Assembly: GCF_018350175.1 (NCBI RefSeq) | Contig: NC_058368.1 | Span: forward strand, 195,364,001 to 195,428,000 | Direction: 5' to 3' | Length of the DNA: 64,000 bases | From: Felis catus | Lineage: Eukaryota | Shown here: piece after piece, positions 49,166 to 62,508 of the stretch | Numbering within the stretch: the stretch's first letter is position 1 | Layout of the letters: each line of letters opens with the position of its first letter | Program-made: the position numbers and the translations under genes | The notes under the pieces: generated by a model | Seen by the model: the letters and a program-made list of their open reading frames with translations, nothing else | Told to the model about the DNA's origin: nothing | Database searches by the model: none

Positions 49166-51596
49166 TGGAGGGGTTTTTCCTAATTACTATTATTTTGGAG
49201 TTTCTGCTATGCATTAAGCATAATCAGGGCACACAGGGATAAATTACAGCTTCAGAGGCACATTCCAAGAGGCCTGGATTCATATCAGAGCTCAGCCTGT
49301 AGTACCTTAGGCAAGTGAAGTAACCTCCTTGAGCCTCGATTTCCTCACCTGTAAAGTGGGGGTGATAATAGTGCCTTCCTTATGTAATCTAGACACTTAG
49401 TCTAGATTTAGGCACAGAGAATAGACTCCATCCACGAGAATTACGCTTATCACCATTGTCATGCAGTCAGTGAGAAAGTCACAGTGGTCAGCCAATGGCT
49501 GTGAAGGGCTCCCCGGGGAACAAGGCCGGGCAAGAATTCCCATCTGGGTAGGAGTTTCAGTGTTGTTTCTGGAGTCTCCAACTCCCCCCGCCCCCAAGGA
49601 CTACTTTGTGTTCATTTCCACCAAGTTGCACGACTCCACGCAAGGCCCTTCCCAGCCCTCTGCCTCGGTTCTCTAATCTGTTAAAGGGGCGCAATTACTT
49701 TTACCCCATCGCACAGTGGAACTCAAACGCCGGCCGGTAGTGGAACCACCCGGGGAAGTGGGTCTAAATGCAAAGGCCCAGATTCTCCCGACTTCAATGA
49801 GTCAGAGTCTCTCTGTGCTTTAGCACCTCCCCGAGATGCTTCTGATACCCTCCAGCTTTCCAAACTGCCATCAAAGAATCAAAGAAACAAGGCCCTCTGT
49901 TTACTGTAAAGGATCAGAAAAGATGATTATCACTATTTAAATCCCATTTATTCCACCCTCTATGGAGATGCCGAGTGAGTAGCTGCTTGTGTCCCAACAA
50001 GGGAAGCTGGGTGTGCAGCTCAGCATCCCGTGGGGATGAAAAACACAAGCCCTGGGGTCCTCGGCACTTTGGAAATCCCCTACCACTTTGTATCCTTTTC
50101 ACAAAGCGGGGACAGAGAGAGGAGCAATACCTTTCCCAGCGTCACCGCAGATTCGTGGTTAAGAGCCACCGTGGAACCAAGAGCTACAGGTGCCTGGGCC
50201 AGTGTCAAAGGGCTTGTTTGGAGGGCCCCCCCCCCCATCCTGGAAGAAGACCTCTGGCCAGCTGGCAGGTGGCACAGCAAGGTGGAGGTCTATGGGCAGC
50301 ACTCTGCCAGTTTCCTTTTAGCTGAGGATGCCTGGGAAGAGCCCCAGCAAAGTCCCGGATTCCAGCAGTTCCTTTCCCAAAGGTCCGAAGACGAACTCAG
50401 GCGTCTCACAACCTGGGGAGGAAAACAGGAACTGGCCCCATATCCAAACATCTCCAGCTCCTTGACAATCTTATTTCTCCATCTTGTTGCTTAAGCGGGC
50501 ACACAGATCTATTGGTGGGGTGAGAGCCGAGATTAGCATCGAATTGCAGAGTCTCCGTGCTGCGGCTGGACAGACCAGAGGCTGCAGCCTGCTGTCCCAC
50601 AGGCGGTGCCAGACTAGCGAAGAGAGGGCGTTTCTCAAACCACAGCAAGTGTCTCAGTCGATTCAGGGCAAGAAGCTTAAGGGTGGGGCCGGGATTCAAA
50701 CCAAGGGGTCAATGTAGTGGTCAGGGCCACAGGCCTCAGAGACAGAAAGATCTGGCTAGGGTAGATTTGGGACTCTGCCCAGGATTGGCTGTGACCTCGG
50801 GCATGCTATTCTTTACCTCGCTAAGCCTCAGTTTCCGCATCTGTAAAAACAAAGTGGCAATGCTCCCCAGAGAGGTAGCCAGGTTTTTTGGAGCCTGACG
50901 ATTAAGCCACTTGGTGGGTGGGGGGTGTCGGTAAGGGGTGGAAAGGGCCTCTTTCGGAATGAGAATACAAAATTACAAATTCAAAATTGCACCCAGGACC
51001 TTGGAAGGAGTCCCGTGGAAGGGAGGGCCTGGACAAATCTGTCTCAGACGCCACCAGTTAGCTGAGAGATCATTGGAGCAAAGCCTTTGGCCCATGAGAT
51101 GATGGTACAGGGAGCAGTGTGGCTTGAGTAAAATGCTATAATTTTGAAGGAAGGAGGAAATCTTGGCCTGTTCATCTGTCACTGAAGCAGAGATAATGAC
51201 AGAGCTTGGAACACTAGAGAAACCCCCTCAAGGCCTTCTTTAGCTACGGAGTTCAATCCTGAATGTCATGTGCGACCTTAGGCAAATCACGTGCTCTCCA
51301 GGCGCCAGTGTCCTACCCAGTGAAATGTGGCTGGGGGTTGTTACAGTCTCTGCCTTTTCTGAAAGAACCCTCACGGCTCTCTCCCTGGAGCTCCACAAAA
51401 GCTAAGAAGCTTCTGGAGGTGGGTGAGTGCTGGCTCTTTTTTCTCCCAACTTTTCCCAAGAAAGGGAAGCACCCGGAAGGAGGCCTCACAACAGATGTCA
51501 GCCAGTGGGAAGTGGAGCCCCCAACCTGGGATGAATAAGGAGATGGGATGTATAGGATTCCCTTGGAGACAGAAATAAGGTGTTAGTTAAAAAGCC

Positions 51597-51850
51597 TGCC
51601 GGGTGGCTTAGATGGTTAAGCAACGGACTTCGGCTCAGGTCTTGATCTCGTGGTTCATGAGTTCGAGCCCCGCGTGGGACTCTGTGCTGACAGCTCAGAG
51701 CGTGGAGCCTGCTTCAGATTCTATGTCTCCCTCTCTCTTTGCCCCTCCCCCACTTGCACACGCGCAAGTCTCTATGTGTCCCTCTCTCAGATTCTATGTC
51801 TCTCTCTCTCTCTCTCAAAAATAAATAAAAACATTAAAAAACAAAAAAAA
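51597..51850 (+). mobile_element. CAN-SINE about 470 bp upstream of the SLC36A2 ATG
   Basis: Slightly 5'-truncated head; TSD aaaaagcctg; internal repeat of tcagattctatgtctc. Confidence 0.88.
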
Positions 51851-52316
51851 GCCTGACGAGTTGGGCTCTGGTCCCTACTCTGTCACTTTCTAGCTATGTG
51901 ATCTCAGGCAGGTCCCTTTAGTTGGGTCTGATTTCCTTGGCATTTAATTTATAGGATGAAATGAGAAAATGTAGGCAAAGCACTCAGGAGAACGTCTGTC
52001 TTTTAGTGAAGGGCTTCATAAATGTGAGTTCTTAAAATAATGGGTATTGCAGTCACTGGTGCAGGTGAGGTGGGTAACTCCCCTCCCAGATCCCTTCCTG
52101 CCTGTCCTGCTCCAGCCTCTCTTGCACTGGGCTCCTTGGGGCAGGACGAGTGCGCTCTGGGGGAGGTGGGCGGGTCCTCATTCCAGCTCCACCAGAGCCT
52201 GCTGAGGCAGGAGCCAAGCCGCTGAGCTGCGGGTTTGCACCTGACAGATACCTTCCTGCTTGCCTCCTTCCAGAGCAGACCTCCTCATCACCCAGAGCCC
52301 TCTCTCGGAAGCAGTC

Positions 52317-52480
52317 ATGCCCGTGACAAAGAGTGCCGGGGGCCCCCAGGGAGCCGTTGACCTCAAACTGGACCTCCGGTACCCACCCAAAAGTGCCAAG
52401 AGGCTGCACAGCAAGGACTCCAGTTTCTGGGATGGACACCCTTCCGAGTCGCCAGGCTTAGAGAAAACCACAGGCATAAC
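52317..52480 (+). CDS. SLC36A2: SLC36A2 (PAT2) coding exon 1
   Basis: ATG at 52317 gives MPVTKSAGGPQGAVDLKLDLRYPPKSAKRLHSKDSSFWDGHPSESPGLEKTTGI(T), matching the PAT2 N-terminus (human MSVTKSTEGPQGAV..., from memory). 164 nt, phase-2 donor GTGAGT at 52481. Confidence 0.95.
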
Positions 52481-55381
52481 GTGAGTGCTCTTTTCTGCCA
52501 CCCCCATTTCTGCCTTCGAGCCCGGACGCTTGCCTTGGCAAAAACCCTCGAGTGGCTGCGTCTGACCCCCACCCCATTGTGCAGATGGGAAAACCAAGGT
52601 CACAAACGGAGCAGTCAGAGACTGGGTCCAGATGAGAGCGGAGACTTGTGGTCCCGCCCTCCACAGGTGCAGATGGGGACGTTAAGGCCTAGTTACCCCA
52701 GGCCACGCACTGGGCCATCGGCAGGAGGGGCGCTAGAATCCAGTGCTGGCCCTACGTCAGTTTTGTTCCTGGTCAATCCTGACCATTGGGAAGTGGGGCA
52801 GAATCCCCAACTTCTCAGAGGAGAAGGTGAGATCTGGGCTTAAAACCACAGTGGCCTCACCGACAGCCACGCCTTACCCACCACCCACCCCATCCTCAAG
52901 CTACCCTGGCCTCTACTTCGGCCTCTACTCCAATGGTGAGGACATCAAAAGCACAGTATGAGGAAGACTTTCTTCCACCTCCTTGGGGTGTGTTTGGGAG
53001 TGGAGGGGGCTTGGAAACCATGACAAGGAAGGGTCTGCAGAAGGAGTTTAGGTGGGGAAGCCAAGCTACGGGGCTCAGCAACCTCGGCGTCCACCACTCA
53101 AGCAGAGTGGCCAGTCCACTTAGGAAATGTGGGTGAGGTGGCGTGGTGGAGAGTGCCGCCGCCTCAAGAGAACCTGTTGACCCCACTGGTGTAGTAGAAA
53201 AAACACCCGCGTTCACCTTGTGATTCTGCACCTTCCCTTCCCCAAGCCTCAGTTTTCCCCATAGGCAAAATGGGGCTAATTTGGCCTCAGCGCGAATTTA
53301 GAGAGGCTGCCTGTGGGAATTACACCTGAAGGGAGGGGACAAGCAGCGGGGAGGGCGAGCAAACCTCCTTTCCATTGCTGCCCAGGACCCTGTGGACACA
53401 ATGACTCCACCAGACAGGGCTCAACTGCCCCGGGGGCTAATCCTGGGGGCTGTGAATTCCTGACACTGAGGGTGAACTCTCCAGGCCTTGGGGCCATCCA
53501 CTGCTGAGTAGGGATATTTCTCAATCCGAGGCCTTCAGGGAAGAGACTAGCTTTCACGTCCTAAACCGACACGACACGTGGTTTGGAGGCAATTTCAACT
53601 ACTCAAGAATCAAAGAAATAAAAGCATGAGAGAAGTAGAGGGATCCTCTGTGGCTTTTGGAGCGAAAGAGAAACAAGTCAGGCAAGCATGGAACTCAGGT
53701 CAGCTCACCCGAGTTCACATTCCCACTTAGCTGCTAACTGGCCTGAGCAAGTGACCGAACTTTCTCTGTGCCCCAGTTTCTTTTCTGTGAAATGACATTT
53801 CACTCCTCCCAGGATGGCTGCAGAGGTGATTTGTACATAAAGCCCTCAAGTACAGCACCCTTAAAAGCTGGATGCTGTGAATCCCAGAAAGGTCCAAGGT
53901 CAACAAATGAGTTAGGGCCATAAATCATGGGTCTCCTGCCTCCCAGCCCAGTGCTTTGCCCAGCTCACCCCACTAAGTTTTTAAGTTGGCTGAGTAGCCC
54001 AAAGTTAAATTCTGATTTCCTAAGTCCTTTGGTTAGAAATGTCTAACGTGACCTACTGACCCTTTCCTTGTTGCAAAACAAGCCTGTTATTGGAGAGCCG
54101 GCACAAGTGCTCAGTCAGCGATGCTGACACCCACAGGGAGAGAGAAAGGCACCCGACTCTCCGCCCTCTTTCCCCCTCAATTGTTCTCTTTAACCCTTAA
54201 CAAATGGATGGGCAGATCCTTGGAAAGCTACAGGATCTAGGGATTAACATAAAGATGAGGGTGGTTGGGGCAATCCTTTAAAAATATCATTCCTCCCAAC
54301 ATTCCAACATTTGCAGAGGCTTAGCAAAGTAGACGAGTTGCCCGAGATGACACAGCTAGTTAAGTAGTGGCCTTGGGATTTAATCCCGGGTTCGTCCAAC
54401 CTCAGAGACCAGACTCCTTCCAGAATACATCACAGTCAGTGTCCTTGCTGGAAAGCTCCCGTAGGGTACTTCCAGTGTTTCTAAAGTTGTGGATGTGAAC
54501 CCAACACCCACCTTGGTTTAACCTGGTCCACGTACAAAGAGGTATAGCAATAGATTGTTTTGTAATTCACCTCCCTGGAACTTAGCCCTGATGGTGTCCT
54601 TCACACAACCTTCCCTTCTGTCTTAAAGAAGGGGTCTGAGTTTTTGGTTTTGTTTTTTTTGGGGGTTGAAGGAGGCAAGCCACTCCCTAGCTTGATGTCC
54701 TGGCCTGAGGGGCAAAAGAAATTCCTCTGGAGCCCAGTCCTCAAATGATCCTGTCTCAATAGACCCCATCTGGAGACCCAAGTCATCTGACCTATTTATT
54801 CAGAAGTCACCATGATTTCTCTTTATTGCCAGCCCTTTTCCCTTTTCTCTGAGTTCAGTCCTATTTCAGCTACTAGTTCTCTGACCTTGGATCATTCCCT
54901 TTCTGGGCTTCTGTTTCCTCGGTTATGAAATAGCATTATCCCTTTATGCATCTGTCTGGGCCTATTTCTAGGAGGCAGTCCAGTGAAAGTGGGGTAAAGA
55001 ACAAGGACTCTGAGGCAGTTCTGGGTTCAAATCCTGACTCCCTAGTCTATCTTTGGACATATCGTTAAAAAAAAAAAAAAAAAAAAAGATCTTTGTGCTC
55101 AGTTTCCTCATCAGCAAAATAAAAGCAATAACCTACTTCCTAGTCTTGACAAGGGGTTAAATGAGGTAATATGGGTAAAGTACTTAGCATAGTGTCTATT
55201 ATATACTAAATATTAGAATCGTATACACTGAGTGTTAGCTGCTAAAACCAGAAGAGTTTTGGCAAACTGAGACGGTTGGTTACCCCACAGGAAACCCAGA
55301 GGTGCCAGTCAAGGCCATGGGGACCGAGAGATGGCCGGGAGCCCGCCTATCCAGCTGAACTCTGGTGTTGGCATGCTGTGA

Positions 55382-55582
<201 letters not shown>

Positions 55583-56095
55583 TAGAAGGGAAGTGGGAGG
55601 AGAGGCTCTAAGGGTTTTCAGTGGCTTGCAAGGAGCAGTCTTTCTGGGAGGCAGCTGGGTCCAGACTTAGAGTCTAGACATCTAGCCAGGGTTTGAGTTC
55701 TGGCTCTGCCACAGACTCTGAGTGGCCTTGGCCACTCTGTCCCTTCTCTGGGACTCCGTTTTCTCCCTTGTAGGACGCAGGGGTTGGACTATGACTAGTT
55801 TTCCAGTTGTGTCCTATGGAGCCCTAGCGCTCAGTAGGGGGTCTCAGAAGGAGCCCCCTACTCCCACCACAACACCCACTGGAATTGCTTTAGGTACTTT
55901 ATCGGAGTACCACTTGAGAGTATATTCGAAAGAACAGCTGTTGCTGCTTTAGCAAGCAGGGACTTGCAAAGCAGTTTGCTGGAAAGGCCCTCGAGTGCTG
56001 AATGGCGCCTGTGCTACCAGGTATCTCCTTGCAGTGCTCTTCATAAATCCATCCTCTTCTCTCTCCCCATTTCCCTCGACTCCCCCTTCTTCCAG

Positions 56096-56184
56096 ATGGG
56101 CCCGCTCAGTTTGCTGGCAATGGGCTTCATCGCCTGCCACTGTATGCACATCCTGGTCAAGTGTGCCCGGCGCTTCTGCCACAG
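56096..56184 (+). CDS. SLC36A2: SLC36A2 coding exon 3
   Basis: ttcttccag acceptor; 89 nt; MGPLSLLAMGFIACHCMHILVKCARRFCH(R); donor GTAAGG. Confidence 0.97.
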
Positions 56185-56729
56185 GTAAGGAGAACAGCAT
56201 CCTCCCGGTGATTCCTTTGGTACTCGGGTCTCAGGGACATCCCAGAAACCTCCTAAATAAGCCAGAGTTCTGAATTTCGTCCAAGAAGGCCAAGGAAAAG
56301 AGAAAAGCAGTGGGACAGGGATCTAAGGCGAGGCTCTGCCATACGACTCAATAGGTGATATTGATCAGGCCACTGGGCTTATCTGCTGGGCTCATCTGGA
56401 AATCAGGCATAAACAATCCATGACTAACCCTGCCTCAGAGAACTGTGATGAGAATCCACTGGGATCATGGACTTGAAAACTACTGTGCCCACGTGAGGTA
56501 GGCATTATTACCCTTGTCATGTAGTAACCACCCCACTTGACAGGGAAGGAACACAAGCCACCCAAGAAGTACCTCCAGGTGTCTAAGTCTGAACTAGAAC
56601 TTGGGTCTCTGCCCCAGTGTTCTTTCCACTCTAGCGGGGTCCTGCCTTGCTGTGTGTCTCCTGACTTTTCAGTACATGATCTTAGGTTAAAATGCCTCTT
56701 GGTAACTGTGTGTGTACTTTCTCCCACAG

Positions 56730-56825
56730 GCTTAACAAGCCCTTCATGGACTATGGGGACACAGTACTGCACGGACTGGAAGCCAGCCCCAGCGCCTGGC
56801 TCCGGAGCCATGCCCACTGGGGAAG
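56730..56825 (+). CDS. SLC36A2: SLC36A2 coding exon 4
   Basis: ctcccacag acceptor; 96 nt; (R)[31 protein letters not shown](R); donor GTACCT. Confidence 0.97.
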
Positions 56826-57245
56826 GTACCTTGTTCTGGCTTTACCTGAAGTGGAGTAAGGTACAGGAGGAGGACATGTGTGGCTGTCAGGGATGCCTTC
56901 TTCCCTGGAAATCTGGCTCGTGTGGCACAGAATACTGGACCTTTCCACATGGACGGGGTTCATTGGCAATCTTTGCGATCCAGCCCCCCTCCTTGTATAC
57001 CTCCAGTGACAGGGTGCTCATTCCTTTGTCTTGCAACTTTAATATTGTTTGCTTATTTATTAAACTGCATTTGTCCAATTGTACTATGTACTAGGCCCTG
57101 GAAATACTGTGGAGAGCAAGGCAAGGAGGCTTTGCTCTCAAAGAACCCATAATCCAGTGGCAAAGACCAGCGTTACACAGTTTAGGAGACAGTCACTTAA
57201 TAACCACTGGGATAAGTGTGATGAAGGAAAGAAATACTAGTTTCT

Positions 57246-57420
57246 GGGGTGCCTTGGGTGGCTCAGTTGGTTAAGCACCTGACTCTTGATTTTGGCTCAT
57301 GTCAGGATCTCACAGTTCGTGAGTTTGAGCCCCACATCGGGCTCTGTGCTGACAGTGTGGAGCCTGCTTGGGATTCTCTCTCTCCCTTTCTGTCTGTCCC
57401 TCTCCCACTCATGCTGTGTA

Positions 57421-57451
<31 letters not shown>

Positions 57452-57510
57452 GTCTCTCTCTCTCTCTCTCAAAATAAATAAATAAACTTTAGAAAAAAAG
57501 TTAAAAAAAA
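57246..57510 (+). mobile_element. CAN-SINE in SLC36A2 intron 4
   Basis: Head, long (CT)n and A tail; TSD aaatactagtt. Confidence 0.9.
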
Positions 57511-57919
57511 TACTAGTTGCTACCGGGCAGGTAAGGAGATGCGCATGAGCTCATGTGGGCTGCCTAAGATGGAACAGTTGAGATGAGCCCAGAAGGGAAG
57601 AATTCTTGAGTATGAGGAGTTACCTAGGGGAAGTGGGCAGGAGCCTGGACGGCCTTCCAGGAAGCAGGAAGAGCAGGGTGTGAAGGTCTGAAGCACGAAA
57701 GTATGCGTGACAGTTTCAAGGCACAGAAATACTTAGGTAGCTTGAGGACAGAGAATCAAGGAGATGACACCGAGGAATGACCCAGGGGCCCAAGCAACCT
57801 GTACCTTTTAGACCCTCCTAAAGGCTTTGTTCTTTTCTTCAAAACAACCAGGAAGCCGCTGGAGTGTGTTAATCAGGCAAATGATCATATTTGTATTGTT
57901 TAAAGATCTCTCTGGCTTT

Positions 57920-58045
57920 GGGACGCCTGGGTAGCTCAGTCCGTTAAGTGTCTGACTCTTGATTTCAACTCAGGTCATGATCTCATGGTTTGTGGAATCA
58001 AGCCCCACGTCGAGCTCTGTGCTGCCAGTGCAGAGCCTACTTGGG

Positions 58046-58082
<37 letters not shown>

Positions 58083-58351
58083 GCCTCTCTCCCACTCACA
58101 CTCTCTCAATGTCTCTCTCAAATAAAAAAACATTAAAAAAAATTTTTTTTAATGTTTATTTATTCTTGAGACAGAGAGAGAGAGCACAAGCAGGGGAGGG
58201 GCAGAGAGACAGGGAGACACAGAATCCAAAGTAGGCTCCAGGCTCCGAGCTGTCAGCACAGAGCCCAATGTGGGGCTCGAACTCACAAACTGTGAGACCA
58301 TGACCTGAGCTGAAGTCAGACACTTAACCAACTGAGCTACCCAAGTACTCC
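57920..58351. mobile_element. Tail-to-tail CAN-SINE pair (+ 57920-58142, - 58143-58351)
   Basis: The A-tail of the forward SINE abuts the poly-T of a reverse SINE. Confidence 0.88.
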
Positions 58352-59229
58352 ATAAATAAAAAACATTTTAAAAAATCTTTTAAAAAAATCTTCTGTTAGG
58401 AGAATACATTGTAAGCGAGCAACCATAGATTTAGTGAGACCCATGAGAAGGCTATTGACAATATCAAGGCAGATAGCAGTGACAGCTGGGACCAAGCTGG
58501 TGGCAATAGGGATGGGGAAAAGTGAATTTGGTTATGCTTTGGACCGTGGACTGTGGGAAAAGGAAAGGCAAGGTTGACTCAGATTTCTGAGGACTTCCGT
58601 TTTGGACAAGTTGAGTTTGAAGTTCAAGTGGAGATGGCAGGTGGGTAGTGATATATATGGATTTGAACATATCTTCATGCAAGAGATACAGAACCGAAGT
58701 CATCAGCCATGGTGGCAGGGGTCAGAAGAGGTCCCTCAGGGAGAATTTATCGTGAGAAGAAAAGGGAAGAAAGACCAAGATGTCAAGGACCCTTGGCTGT
58801 GCTGAAGTCCTCCTCCGGCAACTCCTGTCTTTTGCTTTCAGGGGTGACACTGACAAGTCAACCCCTTCCATTCTGTGGTACTTGGAGCTAAATCTACTCT
58901 CCCGTTTTTGTTTTCAGGCCTGTCCCCACCCTGTCTGTGTACTCTTTTCTGAGCACCACGTATGCCAAAGTCGCTGTTGAATTCGGATACCCTACACCAT
59001 TACAGTCCCTGCGCTGTGCCCTCTCATGTAATGTAGTCGACAGACCATCATGGGTCTGGGGCCTCCTTAGGCCCAAAGCCTGTTCACATACTGAATCAAT
59101 AAATTCAGCCTCTGAGCGGACAAGGGAAAACTTTGGGACGATAACCAGAACTTTACCAGAGTGTGAGCCAAGAGGAGGCTTCCCCTATCACTTATCCCTC
59201 AAATCCTTGTACTCATCATGGGACATATT

Positions 59230-59546
59230 AAGCAGCATTTACCTGGCTGGCTCAGTCAGTAGAAGATGCGACTCTTAACCTCAGGGTCATGAGTTCAAGC
59301 CCCACACTGGGTGTGGAGCCTAGTTAAAAAATTTTTTTTAATTTTTTTTACTGTTTATTCAGTTTTGAGAGAGAGACAGAACATGAGCAGGAGAGGGGCA
59401 GAGAGAGAGGGAAACACAGTATCTGAAGGAGGCTCCAGGCTCTGAGCTGTCAGCACAGAACCTGACACAGGGCTCGAACTCACAAACCATGAGATCATGA
59501 CCTGAGCTGAGTCGGACTCTCAACCGACCGAGCCACCCAAGTGCCC
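59230..59546. mobile_element. Short + strand SINE head with a minus-strand SINE (about 59331-59546) inserted at its tail
   Basis: Imperfect TSD gagcctagt(t/c)aaaa at 59316-59329 and 59548-59561. Confidence 0.85.
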
Positions 59547-60113
59547 TGAGCCTAGTCAAAATTAAAATGAAGTTAAAGCAGCTTTGCCTGCTCTTCTTGG
59601 GGCTCTTGCTCCACGAATCATCCCCTCTCCTATAACTTGAACTTCTATTTTGATCCGTGGTCTCTTCCTCTCAACATTTAAATGCACTCATGCACCGCCA
59701 TCTTAAAAATAATGAAATAAACTCATAAGCTTTCCTGGACCTCACGCCATCCTCCAGCAACCATCCTATCTTACATTCAGCAGCTGCTTATTCAGCAGAT
59801 ATGGACCGAATGCCTTCAGTGTGTCAGGATGTGTTCTAGGCAATGGGTCTACAGCGATGAATGGAAGGAATGGGCCCATCAAGCCCGGACTCACACTCAG
59901 CTCCATGAAAGAACAGCACACCCTCTGACTTTGCTTCCGTACATCTGGTTCACACCACTTCCGTGGGTCACCTAGATTTTCTGTCCTTACACTTCTGTTG
60001 AAGCTCTTTCCACCAGTGTCCTAAAAGGCCTCTTTATTGCACCTTCCTTGCCCTAGAGAGCCTCTCAACAGTGTGGGTACAATTGGCTATTCTCTTCTTC
60101 AAACATTCTCTCT

Positions 60114-60165
60114 TCCCTTGGCTTCTACTAAACCCTCTCCCTTGGCTTCTACTAAACCCTCTCCC
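60114..60165. repeat. 24-bp perfect tandem duplication within an L2-like remnant
   Basis: tcccttggcttctactaaaccctc twice (60114-60137, 60138-60161) plus tccc. Confidence 0.9.
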
Positions 60166-60820
60166 CACTCCTAGTTTCCCACCTACCTCTCTGGCCAGTC
60201 CTTTGCTTTCATTGCAGACTCCTTTGTTTCTGTCTCCCCTTTAAATATTGGTGTTCTCTAGGGTTTGGAACTCTGCCGTCTCTTCTCCTCCCCCCACGCA
60301 CTCCCCAGCACTAACCTGCCTTCTCAAGACCTTATCCATTACTGACAAATCAGCAGTTCCAGACCCTATGTAAGGGTCTCCTTATATATAAGTTGTCTAT
60401 ATAAGTGGTCTCCTGAATGTCTCTTCTAGGAACCTCAGACTCAATAATTCAGTTACTGAATGTGTCAATTCATGCCCTTCTCCTAAAACCTGTTCCTTCC
60501 TTCCAGTTCGTTTTGTTGTCTGAGCCAAAGCCCATCAGTCACCTTTCATCATTTCCTTTCCCTTTCCCCCAGATGTAGGTGGTCAACAGGTTATTTAACT
60601 TCTAGATCCCTGGTACGCCTTAAAAGGCTTTAATGCCTTTGTCTTTATCCAGGCTGTTCTTGTAAGAATCTCCTATCCAGTCTTCCCATCCTGAGTCTTG
60701 CCCCCTCCAATGGATTCCACACGGCCAGAGAAATCTGCCTAATTCCTCTGCTGAAATGCTTTCCTCACTTCCTCCTCTCCATCTCCTCCTCCTCGTCTTC
60801 TTTTTAAAAATATCTCTCCA

Positions 60821-61045
60821 GGGGCGCCTGGGTGGCGCAGTCAGTTAAGCGTCCGACTTCAGCCAGGTCACGATCTCGCGGTCCATGAGTTCGAGCCCCG
60901 CGTCAGGCTCCGGGCTGACGGCTCAGATCCTGGAGCCTGTTTCCGATTCTGTGTCTCCCTCTCTCTCTGCCCCTCCCCCGTTCATGCTCTGTCTCTCTCT
61001 GTCCCAAAAATAAATAAAAAATGTTGAAAAAAAAATAAAAATAAA
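60821..61045 (+). mobile_element. Young SINEC_Fc
   Basis: Near-consensus body; flanking repeat aaaaatatctctc. Confidence 0.93.
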
Positions 61046-61440
61046 AATATCTCTCTTTCTTCCCCTCCCCAAGGGATTCCCGCCGAGGTATTGGTTTTTC
61101 TAGGAAGGCTCCCTGCTCTATAATTTGGGGAAAGTGTCCTTTTCACCGTGGCCCTTGGTGCCATATTCTTTTTTGTCCATCTCACCCACAACTCTATGAA
61201 CCCCTAGAGGAGGGCGCCATGTGTTATTTGTGTTTCCTCGGAGCCTAATGAGGTGTCTGGCACCTGGTGGAAAAAATTTTAATGTTAATGATAGCTAATT
61301 AAAAATGTGGTGCCTACTGCCCTACATCAATTTAGTATCGATTATGAGGAATGCCACAGAGCCAGGGATGGGGGAGGTTCCTAACCACGAAGAATCTCAC
61401 CACTTGCTGAGCTGAGAGTGTGAGGATGGTTGAGAAACAT

Positions 61441-61662
61441 TTTTTTTTTAATTTTTTTTTTCAACGTTTATTTATTTTTGGGACAGAGAGAGACAGAGCA
61501 TGAACGGGGGAGGGGCAGAGAGAGAGGGAGACAGAATCGGAAACAGGCTCCAGGCTCTGAGCCATCAGCCCAGAGCCCGACGCGGGGCTCGAACTCACGG
61601 ACCGCGAGATCGTGACCTGGCTGAAGTCGGACGCTTAACCGACTGCGCCACCCAGGCGCCCC
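61441..61662 (-). mobile_element. Young SINEC_Fc
   Basis: Near-consensus reverse copy; TSD gagaaacattttt. Confidence 0.94.
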
Positions 61663-61838
61663 GAGAAACATTTTTTAAAAAGAACTGTCGTTACCTCACT
61701 TCTTACTGCCCCATTGTTGATTGAGGTAGCAGAACGGAGGGTGCTGGTACAAGGACACCAAGCCCTAGGGACAGACATCGAATTGACAAATCAACTCTTC
61801 TTTTATAACACATTTTCTCTCTCTCCCTTCTCTTCCAG

Positions 61839-61923
61839 GCATATCGTGAGCTTCTTCCTTATAGTCACCCAGCTGGGCTTCTGCTGTGTGTACATCGTGT
61901 TTCTGGCTGATAATTTAAAACAG
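61839..61923 (+). CDS. SLC36A2: SLC36A2 coding exon 5; gene continues beyond the window
   Basis: Long pyrimidine tract and CAG acceptor; 85 nt; (R)[28 protein letters not shown]; donor GTAGAG. Confidence 0.97.
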
Positions 61924-62294
61924 GTAGAGTCTTCTAGAGAAGGTGGAAGGGAAAAGGACGTGGAAGAGGAGGGTCCTCATTTAGTTGTTCAGCAAATGTG
62001 GCTTCTTCTCTTGGGCTCCTAGTGTCCTCATCAGTACAACAAAGGAAGTTAAATTAGATGTTATGAAAGAACCCAGACTTCCCCCAATTCACGTGTCTGT
62101 TCTACAAGTGGTTACTTTTTTCATAGTACCCTTGGTCCAGTACCTTGGACCCGTTCTCAAAGCCCGTCTCTAAAACTGAGCTGGAAGGAACCTTGGATTT
62201 TGTCAGTTGTCCAGCCTTGGAGCTTAATCACCCTTAACTCTCCTAAAACAGATATGGTTCTTTTTGGATGATATCTAATCTTCTTTGGACAATC

Positions 62295-62508
62295 TTTTTT
62301 TTTTAATTTTTTTAATGTTTGTTTATTTTTGAGAGACACAGAGCATGAACAGGGGAGGGGCAGAGAGAGACAGAGACAGAATCTGAAGCAGGTTCCAGGC
62401 TCTGAGCTGCCAACACAGAGCCCGACATAGGACTTGAACTCATGAGCTGTGAGATCATGACCTGAGCTGAAGCTGGACACTTAACCGACTGAGCCACTCA
62501 GGCACCCC
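62295..62508 (-). mobile_element. CAN-SINE in SLC36A2 intron 5
   Basis: Reverse SINE; flanking repeat ttctttggac(a/c)atcttt. Confidence 0.9.

Noticed and set aside
56537..57094. 185-aa + strand ORF overlapping SLC36A2 exon 4
   Set aside because: Alternative frame through intron and exon with no family similarity; the true frame is the spliced PAT2 frame.
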